DNA of 32,000 nt from Pseudothioglobus sp. nBUS_23. GTDB taxonomy: Bacteria; Pseudomonadota; Gammaproteobacteria; PS1; Pseudothioglobaceae. Below the pieces are notes generated by a model that was not told where the DNA came from, searched no databases, and saw only the letters and a list, made by a program, of their open reading frames with translations. Of this stretch, positions 7,493-17,552 are shown piece by piece. The stretch covers positions 240,001 to 272,000 of the forward strand of contig NZ_CP179200.1 of NCBI RefSeq assembly GCF_051201565.1, given 5' to 3'. How positions within the stretch are numbered: the first letter of the stretch is position 1; each line of letters opens with the position of its first letter. The position numbers and the translations under genes are program-made.

Positions 7493-8389
7493 ATGAAATT
7501 CAGATCTTTTGACTCATTTAGAGTATTTGAAAAAGTTGCTCAACTCGAGAGTATTACTCTAGCAGCAGAAGCATTAAATTTATCAAAAAGTGCCATTAGT
7601 TATCAGATTACTAAGCTTGAGAACGAGCTTGGATTTTTACTTTTTGATCGTGTTAATTCAAGATTGGTATTAACAACTAAAGGTCGAAGATTATGGTACG
7701 TTGCTGAATCATCATTGAATCAAATTGAGAGAGAGATTAACCTGCTTCGTGGTGAGAATTCAGGGACAGTCAAAGTAGGAATTGTCTCTTCATTTGCTTC
7801 AAGATGGCTATCACCAAGATTAACTAATTTTTTTGAGCAATGTCCCGATTTAGGTCTAAAAATTGAGTCTATTAATTCAATAGATGAGTTTAGTAATGCT
7901 GATTTTTCATTAGCCATATTATGGGGAGATTCCTGGAGTGATTTTGAGTATGAATTATTAATGCCCACTTCATCATTCGTTCTTGGTAACAGGAAAATCT
8001 ATGAACAAACTAGATCCATTACGTTAGAGGAAGCAATGAAAAAAATTCCTTTGCTTAATGACGGTTTTTATGGAGGTAATGGAGGAATGCAGGCTTGGCA
8101 TAGGCAAGCTAATCTTGAATATAATCCATCAAAGAGTAGCCTCAAAATTACTGATGCCTCTACAAGACTTCAGGCAGTTGTTGATGGACAAGGTATTGCC
8201 TTGTGGGATGAGTTAGTAAATGAAGAGATTGAGTCTGGAAAATTATTTTATATTTCTGATATTATGCTTCCAGGTTTTGGTTATCACCTGGTATATAAAA
8301 ATAAAAATTCATTATCTATTGAAGAAAAAAATTTTTGTAAATGGATCAAGAGTGAGCTTCCGAAACAAACTAATAGTAAAACTCTATAG
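7493..8389 (+). CDS. LysR-family transcriptional regulator
   Basis: N-terminal wHTH (FEKVAQLESITLAAEALNLSKSAISYQITKLENELGFLLFDR) followed by a LysR substrate-binding domain. It is divergent from the catabolic operon. Confidence 0.9.
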   Translation: MKFRSFDSFRVFEKVAQLESITLAAEALNLSKSAISYQITKLENELGFLLFDRVNSRLVLTTKGRRLWYVAESSLNQIEREINLLRGENSGTVKVGIVSSFASRWLSPRLTNFFEQCPDLGLKIESINSIDEFSNADFSLAILWGDSWSDFEYELLMPTSSFVLGNRKIYEQTRSITLEEAMKKIPLLNDGFYGGNGGMQAWHRQANLEYNPSKSSLKITDASTRLQAVVDGQGIALWDELVNEEIESGKLFYISDIMLPGFGYHLVYKNKNSLSIEEKNFCKWIKSELPKQTNSKTL

Positions 8390-8972
8390 TTGAGACTGAA
8401 ACATCGGAAATATGATCTCTGCCATAGGCAACAATACCAAAACTCCTAATTTTTTTAGGATCTAATCTCGAATCTTTTGACCATCTGCGTTCGAATTTAT
8501 TGAAAGGGAGGTCAATCATTTTCCAATCTGCATCAGCTTTGAAAGTTGTAGCATAATAGTCAGAGGGAGACCAGCTTTCATTGGTTCTAATATGTATGTA
8601 ATAGGTTTCTCCATTTCCTCTTACATTAAGACGAACACCTTGGAGGTTTTTTCCCTCTTTTTCTGAGTTGGCGAATGAGACACTGGCTCGCAACTGAATG
8701 AAGCCACCATTATTCGCAGTGCTAACGTTCCCTGTAAGTCTCGCATAATACATTTCTCCGTCTTGCTCAAGTGAGACTTGACCATCTGAGACTCCACCCA
8801 TTACGCGATCGCTAACATATTGCCAGTACCTCCCACTGTCAGCATTAAATGGATAAGAGAGAGTCTCCTCATCTGCAAAAGTCTTTGTGTTGAATACGAG
8901 CATTGATAAAGACATGAGAACTAGAGTTAAAAAATGATTTAATTTATTTATATAAATGGATTTAAAGCGCAT
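8370..8972 (-). CDS. secreted CIA30-domain protein (complex I intermediate-associated protein 30-like)
   Basis: Signal-peptide-like N-terminus (LTLVLMSLSMLVFNTKTFA/DEE). The WQYVSDRVMGGVSDG motif is characteristic of CIA30 domains. Its 3' end overlaps lysR by 20 nt, convergently. Confidence 0.6.
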   Translation of the reverse strand: MRFKSIYINKLNHFLTLVLMSLSMLVFNTKTFADEETLSYPFNADSGRYWQYVSDRVMGGVSDGQVSLEQDGEMYYARLTGNVSTANNGGFIQLRASVSFANSEKEGKNLQGVRLNVRGNGETYYIHIRTNESWSPSDYYATTFKADADWKMIDLPFNKFERRWSKDSRLDPKKIRSFGIVAYGRDHISDVSVSTIEFYY

Positions 8973-9044
8973 AAATAGGTAATGAATTTTTCAAGGAAAT
9001 TTTATTATAGGTTTTTTATTGTTTCATTAAATTTTTTTGTTGAA

Positions 9045-9070
9045 AAAAGCCGGCAATTGCCGGCTTTTAG
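9045..9070 (-). terminator. rho-independent terminator after amtB
   Basis: Perfect palindrome AAAAGCCGGCAATTGCCGGCTTTT followed on the minus strand by a T-run (TTTTTTCAACAAAAAAA). Confidence 0.75.
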
Positions 9071-9093
9071 TTTCTTAAATTAAGAGTCTAGAG

Positions 9094-10365
9094 TTAAAGG
9101 TTGTAACCCGTTTCTCCATGGCTATCAAGGTCAAGACCTTGGGTTTCAGTCTGTGAATCCACTCTTAATCCAGTTACAACATCAACAATTTTAAGAATCA
9201 CGAATGTCGCAAGAGCTGTATAGACTGCAGTAGCCACAACAGCTGTTAATTGAATCTGTAATTGATCACTAATCACAATCGCTTCATGGCTCCAGCCACC
9301 TTGGCCTGAAAAAATTCCAAGCTCTTTCGATGCAAAAAATCCAACCAAAATTGTTCCACATATACCTCCAACGCCATGCACTGGAAAGACATCAAGAGAG
9401 TCATCAATCTTGAATTTTTGTTTGATAATGATGACTGCATTGAAACATACAGCACCAGCAATAATTCCAATAACTAAGGCTCCAGCAGGTCCCACAAAGC
9501 CAGAGGCAGGAGTAATGGTTCCAAGACCTGCAACCATTCCAGTTACTGATCCAAGAGCGGTTGGTTTTCCAAATTTAATCCATTCATAGAACATCCAGGT
9601 CATAGCACCTGCTGCCGCAGAGATATGAGTAGCAAGGATTGCCATTGCAGCATCTCCACCAGCAGAGAGTGCAGAGCCACCATTGAAACCGAACCATCCA
9701 ACCCAAAGCATTGCAGCGCCTATAAAAGTCATAGTCATATTGTGAGGTGGAATTGGCTTTTTAAGAAATTCCTGTCTTGGACCAAGTACAATAGCCGCAA
9801 CCAAAGCAGCAACACCTGCGGTGATGTGAACGACTGTTCCGCCAGCATAATCAAGGGTATCGCCAAGCCATCCGCCGCCCCATACCCAGTGAGTAATTGG
9901 AGCATAAACGACAAATAACCAAATGCTACTAAATAACAGTACAGCAGAGAACTTCATTCTCTCTGCAAAGCCACCCACGATAAGGGCAGGCGTTATAATG
10001 GCAAATGTCATCTGAAACATTGCAAAGAGCGACTCTGGAATTGAGCCACTGACACTGTCTATAGTGACTTGGGCTAACATAAAGTTAGATAAGTTTCCTA
10101 TAAATGGGTTATCACCTGAGAATGCGAGGCTGTATCCAGCAATAAACCATAACATGCTAACAATTCCAGCAATGGCAAAACATTGCATCAGAACCGATAA
10201 AATGTTGTTTGAGCGGACAAGTCCTCCATAGAATAGTGCGAGTCCTGGAAGCGTCATAAACAAGACTAGTGCAGTAGATGTCATGATCCAGGCAGTATCG
10301 GCGCCATTTATGACGTCCGCAAAGGCCGTCATTGGCAATAAAGCCAATAGTATAAATTTTTTCAT
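9094..10365 (-). CDS. amtB: ammonium transporter
   Basis: Signal peptide followed by DTAWIMTSTALVLFMTLPGLALFYGG, plus the twin-His region and other Amt family motifs. It lies 9 nt downstream of glnK. AGGAGAG RBS. Confidence 0.95.
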   Translation of the reverse strand: MKKFILLALLPMTAFADVINGADTAWIMTSTALVLFMTLPGLALFYGGLVRSNNILSVLMQCFAIAGIVSMLWFIAGYSLAFSGDNPFIGNLSNFMLAQVTIDSVSGSIPESLFAMFQMTFAIITPALIVGGFAERMKFSAVLLFSSIWLFVVYAPITHWVWGGGWLGDTLDYAGGTVVHITAGVAALVAAIVLGPRQEFLKKPIPPHNMTMTFIGAAMLWVGWFGFNGGSALSAGGDAAMAILATHISAAAGAMTWMFYEWIKFGKPTALGSVTGMVAGLGTITPASGFVGPAGALVIGIIAGAVCFNAVIIIKQKFKIDDSLDVFPVHGVGGICGTILVGFFASKELGIFSGQGGWSHEAIVISDQLQIQLTAVVATAVYTALATFVILKIVDVVTGLRVDSQTETQGLDLDSHGETGYNL

Positions 10366-10374
10366 TGAGCTCTC

Positions 10375-10713
10375 CTAAAGTGCGTCGTGGTCCGTTTCGC
10401 CTGTGCGAATACGAACTACTTTTTCGATGTCAGTGACAAAGATTTTGCCATCACCTTTTTTTCCGGAACGAGCGATATCGCTAATTGTATTAATTAGCAG
10501 ATCCAAATTTTTATTTGAGATTGCGATTTCAAGTTTTACTTTGTGAACAAATTCAACGGTAAACTCAGTACCACGATATAACTCCGTGTGACCTTTTTGT
10601 TTTCCAAAGCCTTTAACTTCAGTTACTGTCATGCCTGGAATATCGACATCACAAAGAGCCTCTCTAACTTTATCTAGGTTTTCGGGCCTTAAAATTGCTG
10701 TAACTAATTTCAC
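10375..10713 (-). CDS. glnK: nitrogen regulatory protein P-II (GlnK)
   Basis: (M)KLVTAILRP...TVTEVKGFGKQKGHTELYRGTEF...GDGKIFV...IRIRTGE. A GTG at 10713 gives exactly the canonical 112 aa and is preceded by AAGGAAG-N7. The ATG at 10752 in the track adds 13 non-homologous residues and has no RBS. Confidence 0.9.
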   Translation of the reverse strand: MKLVTAILRPENLDKVREALCDVDIPGMTVTEVKGFGKQKGHTELYRGTEFTVEFVHKVKLEIAISNKNLDLLINTISDIARSGKKGDGKIFVTDIEKVVRIRTGETDHDAL

Positions 10714-10796
10714 TTTTATCTTCCTTGAACTATTAATATCTTCCGTAGACATCTTGGAATAATATCCGACATTGGCTCCTTGGAAGCTACATTGCT

Positions 10797-10822
10797 AAAA
10801 AACAGCCGCTTCATTGCAGCTG
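10797..10822 (-). terminator. rho-independent terminator after the HAD-family gene
   Basis: On the minus strand: CAGCTGC-AATGAA-GCGGCTG followed by TTTTTT. Confidence 0.55.
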
Positions 10823-10840
10823 CAAGTCTATTATAGATTA

Positions 10841-11533
10841 TTAGATTTTTTTTTGATGCTTAATCTGATTTTCAAATAAAAGATTTGGTGAAAGATCTTC
10901 AGTAACAAGGTGAGCATTACTAAAGTTGTTGTCATGAGCAAGTGCTCCAGGAAATGCAATACATTTCAAGTTTGCGTCAATTGCCGATCTCATGCTGACT
11001 TCGGTGTCCTCTATTGCAATACATTCATCTGCACTTAAGTTAAGTTCAGAGAGCGCTTTAAGGTAAATTTCAGAATTAGGTTTAGGCTGAGAAACAATCT
11101 TGTCATTTCCTATGAAGCTAAAGTCACTTTTTTTAATTTGATTATCAAGCGCAAAGAACATAGCATCAATGTTGGCCTTCGAAGTGCTAGTCACGAATGC
11201 TAAATGAATACTATTTTCATGAGCATAATTAATCAAGTGAGATACTCCAGAACGAAGTGAGATTTTTTCATCACTCATCAAGCTGTCAAAGATCTCAGTT
11301 TTTCTTAGATGAAGTTCATCAGCATTGACCTCGATTCCAACTTGATTTGCAAAATCATTGATACGATTTCGTCCACCAGACTTTTTGAGCATTGTTTGAT
11401 ATTCTTCAATTGACCAATTCCAGTCAAGGCCTGCTTCAGAAAAAGCTTGATTAAAGGATTTGAGCTGAAGCTCAGAAGTTTCAACTATTGTTCCTATAGA
11501 TCCGAAGAGAATTGCTTTGTAATTTATTGTCAT
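10841..11533 (-). CDS. HAD-superfamily hydrolase-like protein (subfamily IA type) with degenerate motif I
   Basis: Motif II (AFVTSTS), motif III (Lys in QPKPNSEIY) and motif IV (AIEDTEVSMRSA) are present. Motif I reads ILFGSIGTIVETSE instead of hhhDxDGT. Confidence 0.7.
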   Translation of the reverse strand: MTINYKAILFGSIGTIVETSELQLKSFNQAFSEAGLDWNWSIEEYQTMLKKSGGRNRINDFANQVGIEVNADELHLRKTEIFDSLMSDEKISLRSGVSHLINYAHENSIHLAFVTSTSKANIDAMFFALDNQIKKSDFSFIGNDKIVSQPKPNSEIYLKALSELNLSADECIAIEDTEVSMRSAIDANLKCIAFPGALAHDNNFSNAHLVTEDLSPNLLFENQIKHQKKI

Positions 11534-11627
11534 ATCTATTAATTTTTCTTATTTTTCACAAACCACTCAAGGGATGAGGTAGTTTGTAATTGTTAAAATG
11601 AGGATGGATAAAAAAAGAGGCATTTAA

Positions 11628-11717
11628 TGGTGGAGGGACAGGGATTCGAACCCTGGAAGGGTATTAGCCCTTGCTGGTTTTCAAGACCAGTGCATTCAAC
11701 CGCTCTGCCATCCCTCC
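11628..11717 (-). tRNA. tRNA-Ser (anticodon UGA)
   Basis: The reverse complement reads GGAGGGATGGCAGAGCGGTTGAATGCACTGGTCTTGAAAACCAGCAAGGGCTAATACCCTTCCAGGGTTCGAATCCCTGTCCCTCCACCA. It has a 7-bp acceptor stem, anticodon loop CTTGAAA, a long variable arm, a GGTTCGAATCC T-arm, and an encoded CCA. Confidence 0.93.
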
Positions 11718-11829
11718 AAAAGATTGGTATGATACCGTTTTTATGCATAAAGTATATAAAATTTATTTAAAAAAACTACATTTTTTTGCGTATAATTCTC
11801 ACTTTTTAGAAATTCATTAGGTAGTCGTA

Positions 11830-12066
11830 ATGTCTAAAGTATGTCAAGTAACTGGTAAGAGACCAATAAGCGGAAATAACGTTTCGCATGCTAACAATAA
11901 AACGCGTCGCCGTTTTTATCCAAACCTTCATACACACCGTTTTTGGGTTGAAGCTGAAAACCGCTTTGTTAAGCTTAAATTATCAGCACGTGGCCTTCGT
12001 GTCATTGACAAGAAGGGTATTGATGCTGTTTTAGAAGAGATCCGTGGACGCGGCGAAAAGGTATAA
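11830..12066 (+). CDS. rpmB: 50S ribosomal protein L28
   Basis: [33 protein letters not shown]... gives a full-length match to the L28 pattern. Confidence 0.95.
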   Translation: MSKVCQVTGKRPISGNNVSHANNKTRRRFYPNLHTHRFWVEAENRFVKLKLSARGLRVIDKKGIDAVLEEIRGRGEKV

Positions 12067-12076
12067 GGAGTAATTT

Positions 12077-12232
12077 ATGAGAGAGAAAATTAAACTAGTT
12101 TCTTCAGCTGACACTGGTCACTACTACACTACAACAAAAAATAAAAGAATTCATCCTGAGAAGGTTGAGGTAAAAAAATTCGATCCCGTCGTTAGAAAGC
12201 ACGTGATGTATAAGGAAGCCAAGATCAAGTAG
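12077..12232 (+). CDS. rpmG: 50S ribosomal protein L33
   Basis: Not in the ORF track (51 aa): [51 protein letters not shown]. An AAGGAG RBS sits 7 nt upstream. The rpmB-rpmG order is conserved. Confidence 0.9.
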   Translation: MREKIKLVSSADTGHYYTTTKNKRIHPEKVEVKKFDPVVRKHVMYKEAKIK

Positions 12233-12250
12233 TTATAAGATAGGATTTAA

Positions 12251-12277
12251 AAAAAGCCGCTTTACGCGGCTTTTTTA
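12251..12277. terminator. bidirectional rho-independent terminator between rpmG and acnB
   Basis: AAAAAGCCGC-TTTAC-GCGGCTTTTTT, with an A-run and a T-run flanking a GC-rich stem between convergent genes. Confidence 0.8.
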
Positions 12278-12288
12278 TTACCTATTAT

Positions 12289-14847
12289 TTAGCTTTGGAG
12301 AATTACTTCGAGTGCAATATTAGATGAAGACTCTTGATAATCTGCAATCTGATCAAAGTTTAGGTATTGATAAATTTCACCAGACAAAGGCTCAATATCT
12401 TTCATTAACGATAGGTACTCCTCAGGTGTAGGAATGTAGCCTAATTTTGCTGAGATGGCAGCAACCTCTGCAGAAGCCAAGAAAACGTCACTGTTGTCAC
12501 CGAGCCTATTTGGGAAGTTCCTTGTGGACGTAGATACAACTGATGCACCTTCTTCTACCCTAGCTTGATTACCCATACAGAGGGAGCAGCCAGGGACCTC
12601 AGTTCTGTCTGTCAGGCGCTCAAATGTCTCATAAATTCCTTCTGCCCTTAACTGTTTTTCATCCATCCTTGTGGGCGGTACTACCCACAAAACAGTATTC
12701 AGCTCAGATTTATCTTTGAGAAGCTGAGCTGCTGCTCTAAAGTGCCCAATGTTAGTCATACAAGACCCAATAAAGACTTCATCGATAGAGGTTTTGGCTA
12801 CTGATGAAAGAAGTCTGACATCATCTGGATCATTAGGACATGCCAATATAGGCTCTTTAATTTCTGCTAGATCTATTTCAATAACTTCTGCATACTCGCA
12901 ATCTTCATCAGCCTCAAGAAGCTCTGGATTATCAAGCCATTTTTTCATGTCCTGGATCCTCTTTGCTATTGTTTTTTTATCATCATAGCCAGAGTCAATC
13001 ATAGAGCCAAGAAGTGTAATGTTTGAGTTGAGGTATTCCTCAATAGGCTCTTTATTTAGTTTGACAGTGCAGCCATTAGCTGAACGCTCAGCAGTAGCAT
13101 CTGCAAGTTCAAAGGCTTGTTCAACCTTAAGGTCACCGAGCCCTTCAATTTCCAGAACGCGGCCAGAGAAAATATTCTTTTTGTTGGATTTATCAACAGT
13201 AAGTAGTCCTTTTTGGATAGCAACATAAGGAATTGCATTGACCAGATCTCTTAGAGTAATTCCCGGCTGCATTTCACCTTTGAATCTGACTAACACAGAC
13301 TCAGGCATGTCAAGAGGCAGTACGCCAATGGACGCTCCAAATGCGACGAGTCCAGAGCCTGCTGGAAAGCTAATTCCTATTGGGAAGCGTGTGTGTGAAT
13401 CTCCGCCAGTGCCAACTGAGTCAGGAAGAAGCATACGATTCAGCCACGAGTGAATAATGCCGTCCCCAGGTTTGAGAGAGACGCCACCCCGGGAATGCAT
13501 AAAATCTGGAAGTGTATGTTGAAGTTCTAGGTCAATCGGTTTTGGATAAGCAGCTGTATGACAAAAACTCTGCATCACAAGGTCTGCCGAAAACCCTAAA
13601 CAGGCTAACTCTTTTAGTTCATCACGAGTCATTGCACCTGTTGTGTCTTGCGATCCAACGGTACTCATTCGGGGCTCACAATACGTTCCAGGTCGAATAC
13701 CCTTAACGCCACAAGCTTTACCCACAATTTTTTGAGCCAAGGTAAATCCTAATTCGCTATTCTTTGGGTCAACCGGACGAAGAAAGACATCACTGACATC
13801 AAGCCCTAGTTCAGATCTCGTTTTGTCGGTGAGACCTCTACCAATAATTAGAGGAATCCTGCCGCCTGCCCTGACTTCATCTGGCATCGTGCTTGGAGCA
13901 AGATCAAACTTTGAGACAACTTTTCCAGACGCATCTTTAATAACCCCCTCATATGGAAATATTGTAATTTCATCCCCCATATTCAGTTCAGAAACATCGC
14001 ACTGTATTGGAAGCGCCCCAGAATCCTCTGCAGTGTTAAAAAATATTGGAGCAATCTTTCCACCAAGCACTATTCCACCACTATTTTTGTTTGGGATATA
14101 GTCTATTGGTTCTCCCATATGCCATAACACTGAGTTAATGGCTGATTTTCTTGAAGAGCCAGTACCCACTACATCGCCTACATAGGCTAAAGGAAGACCT
14201 TTTTGCTTAAGTTCTTCAATTTTTTCAAGAGGCCTATCCATTTTTTTGATGAGCATCGCTTTCGCATGAAGCGGAATATCTGGTCTTGACCAGGCCTCAG
14301 TGGCTGGAGACAGGTCATCTGTATTGGTTTCACCATCTACGCGAAAAACAGTCACATTGATGCTTTCAGGAAGAGGCTCTTTCGATGTAAACCAATCTGC
14401 CGATGCCCATGAATCAACAATTTTTTTGGCGTACGAGTTGCTTGAGGACTTTTCTAGGATTTGTTGATGAGCTTCGTAAATTAGAATAGTGTGCGAGAGC
14501 GCCTCACAGGCTGCCTCAGCAGTTTCCTCATCATCAAGAAGGTCGATTAACGATGCAATACTATAGCCACCAAGCATCGTTCCTAATAGAAAAGTAGCGT
14601 GTTTTTTTGTTATGGCATTGCATGTTTCTTCACCCTTAGCGACACTAGTGAGAAAGCCTGCTTTGACGTATGCTGCCTCATCAACCCCTGGCGGCACTCT
14701 GTGCGTTAGAAGATTCAAGTAAAAATCATCATCATTGCCCTCTAAAAGGCATTCAACTACTGATTTTGTTTGTTTGGCGTTTAGCGCCAAAGGTGGAAGA
14801 TTTTCTGACTCTCTTTCATCGCAATGCTTTAGGTAAGCTTCTTTCAT
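12289..14847 (-). CDS. acnB: aconitate hydratase B (bifunctional aconitase 2 / 2-methylisocitrate dehydratase)
   Basis: The homologous N-terminus begins at [26 protein letters not shown] (ATG 14847), giving 852 aa. Cluster-ligand motifs IGSCMTN and GCSLCMGNQ are present. The 43 extra residues in the track ORF are AT-rich promoter sequence and would overlap purB. Confidence 0.93.
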   Translation of the reverse strand: MKEAYLKHCDERESENLPPLALNAKQTKSVVECLLEGNDDDFYLNLLTHRVPPGVDEAAYVKAGFLTSVAKGEETCNAITKKHATFLLGTMLGGYSIASLIDLLDDEETAEAACEALSHTILIYEAHQQILEKSSSNSYAKKIVDSWASADWFTSKEPLPESINVTVFRVDGETNTDDLSPATEAWSRPDIPLHAKAMLIKKMDRPLEKIEELKQKGLPLAYVGDVVGTGSSRKSAINSVLWHMGEPIDYIPNKNSGGIVLGGKIAPIFFNTAEDSGALPIQCDVSELNMGDEITIFPYEGVIKDASGKVVSKFDLAPSTMPDEVRAGGRIPLIIGRGLTDKTRSELGLDVSDVFLRPVDPKNSELGFTLAQKIVGKACGVKGIRPGTYCEPRMSTVGSQDTTGAMTRDELKELACLGFSADLVMQSFCHTAAYPKPIDLELQHTLPDFMHSRGGVSLKPGDGIIHSWLNRMLLPDSVGTGGDSHTRFPIGISFPAGSGLVAFGASIGVLPLDMPESVLVRFKGEMQPGITLRDLVNAIPYVAIQKGLLTVDKSNKKNIFSGRVLEIEGLGDLKVEQAFELADATAERSANGCTVKLNKEPIEEYLNSNITLLGSMIDSGYDDKKTIAKRIQDMKKWLDNPELLEADEDCEYAEVIEIDLAEIKEPILACPNDPDDVRLLSSVAKTSIDEVFIGSCMTNIGHFRAAAQLLKDKSELNTVLWVVPPTRMDEKQLRAEGIYETFERLTDRTEVPGCSLCMGNQARVEEGASVVSTSTRNFPNRLGDNSDVFLASAEVAAISAKLGYIPTPEEYLSLMKDIEPLSGEIYQYLNFDQIADYQESSSNIALEVILQS

Positions 14848-14908
14848 AACTGTACTGAATATAAGGTGATTAAATAAATAGAGTATAATTTTATCCTTTT
14901 TGATATGA

Positions 14909-16306
<1,398 letters not shown>

Positions 16307-16362
16307 AACTGATATAATTTCCCGCCTTAATAATTTAACAATCAAAAAGGAGCAAAAAACCC

Positions 16363-16944
16363 ATGGTTAAGATTAGACTAGCCCGAGGTGGAGCCAAGAA
16401 AAACCCTTTTTATTCGATTGTAGCAACAGACTCTAGAAAGAGAAGAGACAGTGGTTACATTGAGCGTATTGGATACTTTAATCCTGTTGCTCGCGGACAA
16501 GAAGTCAGGCTTCAACTCGAAGAAGACAGACTGTCATACTGGATTTCTCAGGGAGCACAGATTTCAGATCGCGTCAAGCAGCTTGTTAAGGAATATAAAG
16601 ACCCATCTATTCGTGAAAAGCAGTTAGCAATGCAGGCAGCTAAAGCTGATGAAAAGGCTAAAAAGATTGCTGCAGAAGAAAAAGCAAAGGCAGATTTAGA
16701 GGCTAAAGAGGCTGCTGAGGCCGCAGCTCAAGAAGCGGCAGCAGAAGAAGCCGCAGCAGCAGAAGCAGAAGCAGAAGCTCCAGCAGAAGAAGCTCCAGCA
16801 GCAGAAGCAGAAGCAGAAGCTCCAGCAGCAGAAGCAGAAGCTCCAGCAGAAGAAGCTCCAGCAGAAGAAGCTCCAGCAGAAGAAGCAGAAGCTCCAGCAG
16901 AAGAAGCCGCAGAAAAGCCAGCTGAAGAGCCTGAAGAAAAATAA
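16363..16944 (+). CDS. rpsP: 30S ribosomal protein S16 with long C-terminal Ala/Glu/Pro-rich extension
   Basis: The first ~80 aa ([41 protein letters not shown]...) form canonical S16. The remaining ~113 aa are low-complexity KA/EA/AEEAP repeats. AAGGAG RBS, with a TATAAT at 16313-16318. Confidence 0.92.
   Translation: MVKIRLARGGAKKNPFYSIVATDSRKRRDSGYIERIGYFNPVARGQEVRLQLEEDRLSYWISQGAQISDRVKQLVKEYKDPSIREKQLAMQAAKADEKAKKIAAEEKAKADLEAKEAAEAAAQEAAAEEAAAAEAEAEAPAEEAPAAEAEAEAPAAEAEAPAEEAPAEEAPAEEAEAPAEEAAEKPAEEPEEK
16735..16912 (+). repeat. in-frame imperfect tandem repeat (15/18-bp units GCAGAAGAAGCTCCA / GCAGAAGCAGAAGCTCCA) inside rpsP
   Basis: Visible directly in the sequence. It encodes AEEAP/AEAEAP units and also creates the spurious antisense ORF 16728..16955. 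Confidence 0.85.
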
Positions 16945-16945
16945 T

Positions 16946-17467
16946 TTGGTGTCATTGACGCCTCAAGAAAACAATAAAAAGCTGTTAGTCGGAAAGATTA
17001 ATGGCTTTTTTGGTTTACAGGGCTGGGTAAAAGTATTTTCATACACCAATCCCAGAGCAAACATCCTTAACTATTCACCCTGGTCTATTAAAGTCGATGG
17101 AAATTTCCAATCCATTGACATTACTAGTGGGCGTGAACAGTCAAAAACAATTGTCGCTCATATCAAAGGGATAGATAATCGAGAGGACTCTCAAAAATTT
17201 ATTGGACAAGATATTTATATAAATAAAGAGCAGCTCCCTGAACTCACGCAGGGTGAATACTATTGGCATGAGCTCATTGGATTTGATGTTATCAATAAGG
17301 ATGAAGAGCGGCTTGGAACTGTTGATTATTTTGTTGAAACAGGAGCTAATGATGTCCTCGTGGTTAAAGGTAAAAAAGAATATTGGATTCCATATATTGA
17401 GCCCTTTTTAGTTTCTATTGACTCTAAAAATAATAAAATACTAGTTGATTGGGACAAAGATTTTTAG
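16946..17467 (+). CDS. rimM: 16S rRNA processing protein RimM
   Basis: LLVGKINGFFGLQGWVKVFSYT (RimM N-domain), a PRC-barrel-like C-terminus, and conserved position after rpsP. TTG/GTG start (16946/16949). Confidence 0.88.
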   Translation: MVSLTPQENNKKLLVGKINGFFGLQGWVKVFSYTNPRANILNYSPWSIKVDGNFQSIDITSGREQSKTIVAHIKGIDNREDSQKFIGQDIYINKEQLPELTQGEYYWHELIGFDVINKDEERLGTVDYFVETGANDVLVVKGKKEYWIPYIEPFLVSIDSKNNKILVDWDKDF

Positions 17468-17552
17468 TCAGAATTAAAAAAAATCTGCGTTTATCTGTTC
17501 TAGTTAGGTACACTTATTAGTGGATTAAAACTTAACTTCAGAAACATATTTC

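Noticed and set aside
10714-10752. A 13-residue N-terminal extension of GlnK from ATG-10752.
   Set aside because: There is no RBS before it, whereas GTG-10713 has AAGGAAG-N7 and yields the invariant 112-aa PII length.
10781-10796. A sigma54-like element TGGAAG-N5-TTGCT (GG-N10-GC spacing) near the nitrogen genes glnK-amtB.
   Set aside because: It is on the plus strand and points away from glnK (minus strand), into the 3' end of the HAD gene. It also overlaps that gene's terminator. It is most likely a chance match.
11534-11829. tRNA-Ser as an integration hotspot, with a possible genomic island boundary.
   Set aside because: I noticed no integrase, no direct repeat of the tRNA 3' end by eye, and the flanking genes are ordinary.
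1876-14101. Numerous 60-120-aa antisense or out-of-frame ORFs inside tmpB-like, mttB-like, DMGDH, lysR, amtB and acnB (for example 1876..2109, 3877..4245, 5241..5465, 9625..9918, 13823..14101).
   Set aside because: All are nested in well-supported longer genes. They have low-complexity or odd composition and no RBS.
16728-16955. A 75-aa antisense ORF (Ser/Ala/Gly-rich) opposite the rpsP tail, and the idea that the repeats could be a CRISPR-like array.
   Set aside because: The ORF is the mirror image of the in-frame GCAGAAG... repeats. The units are 15-18 bp and contiguous with no spacers, all inside a ribosomal protein gene.
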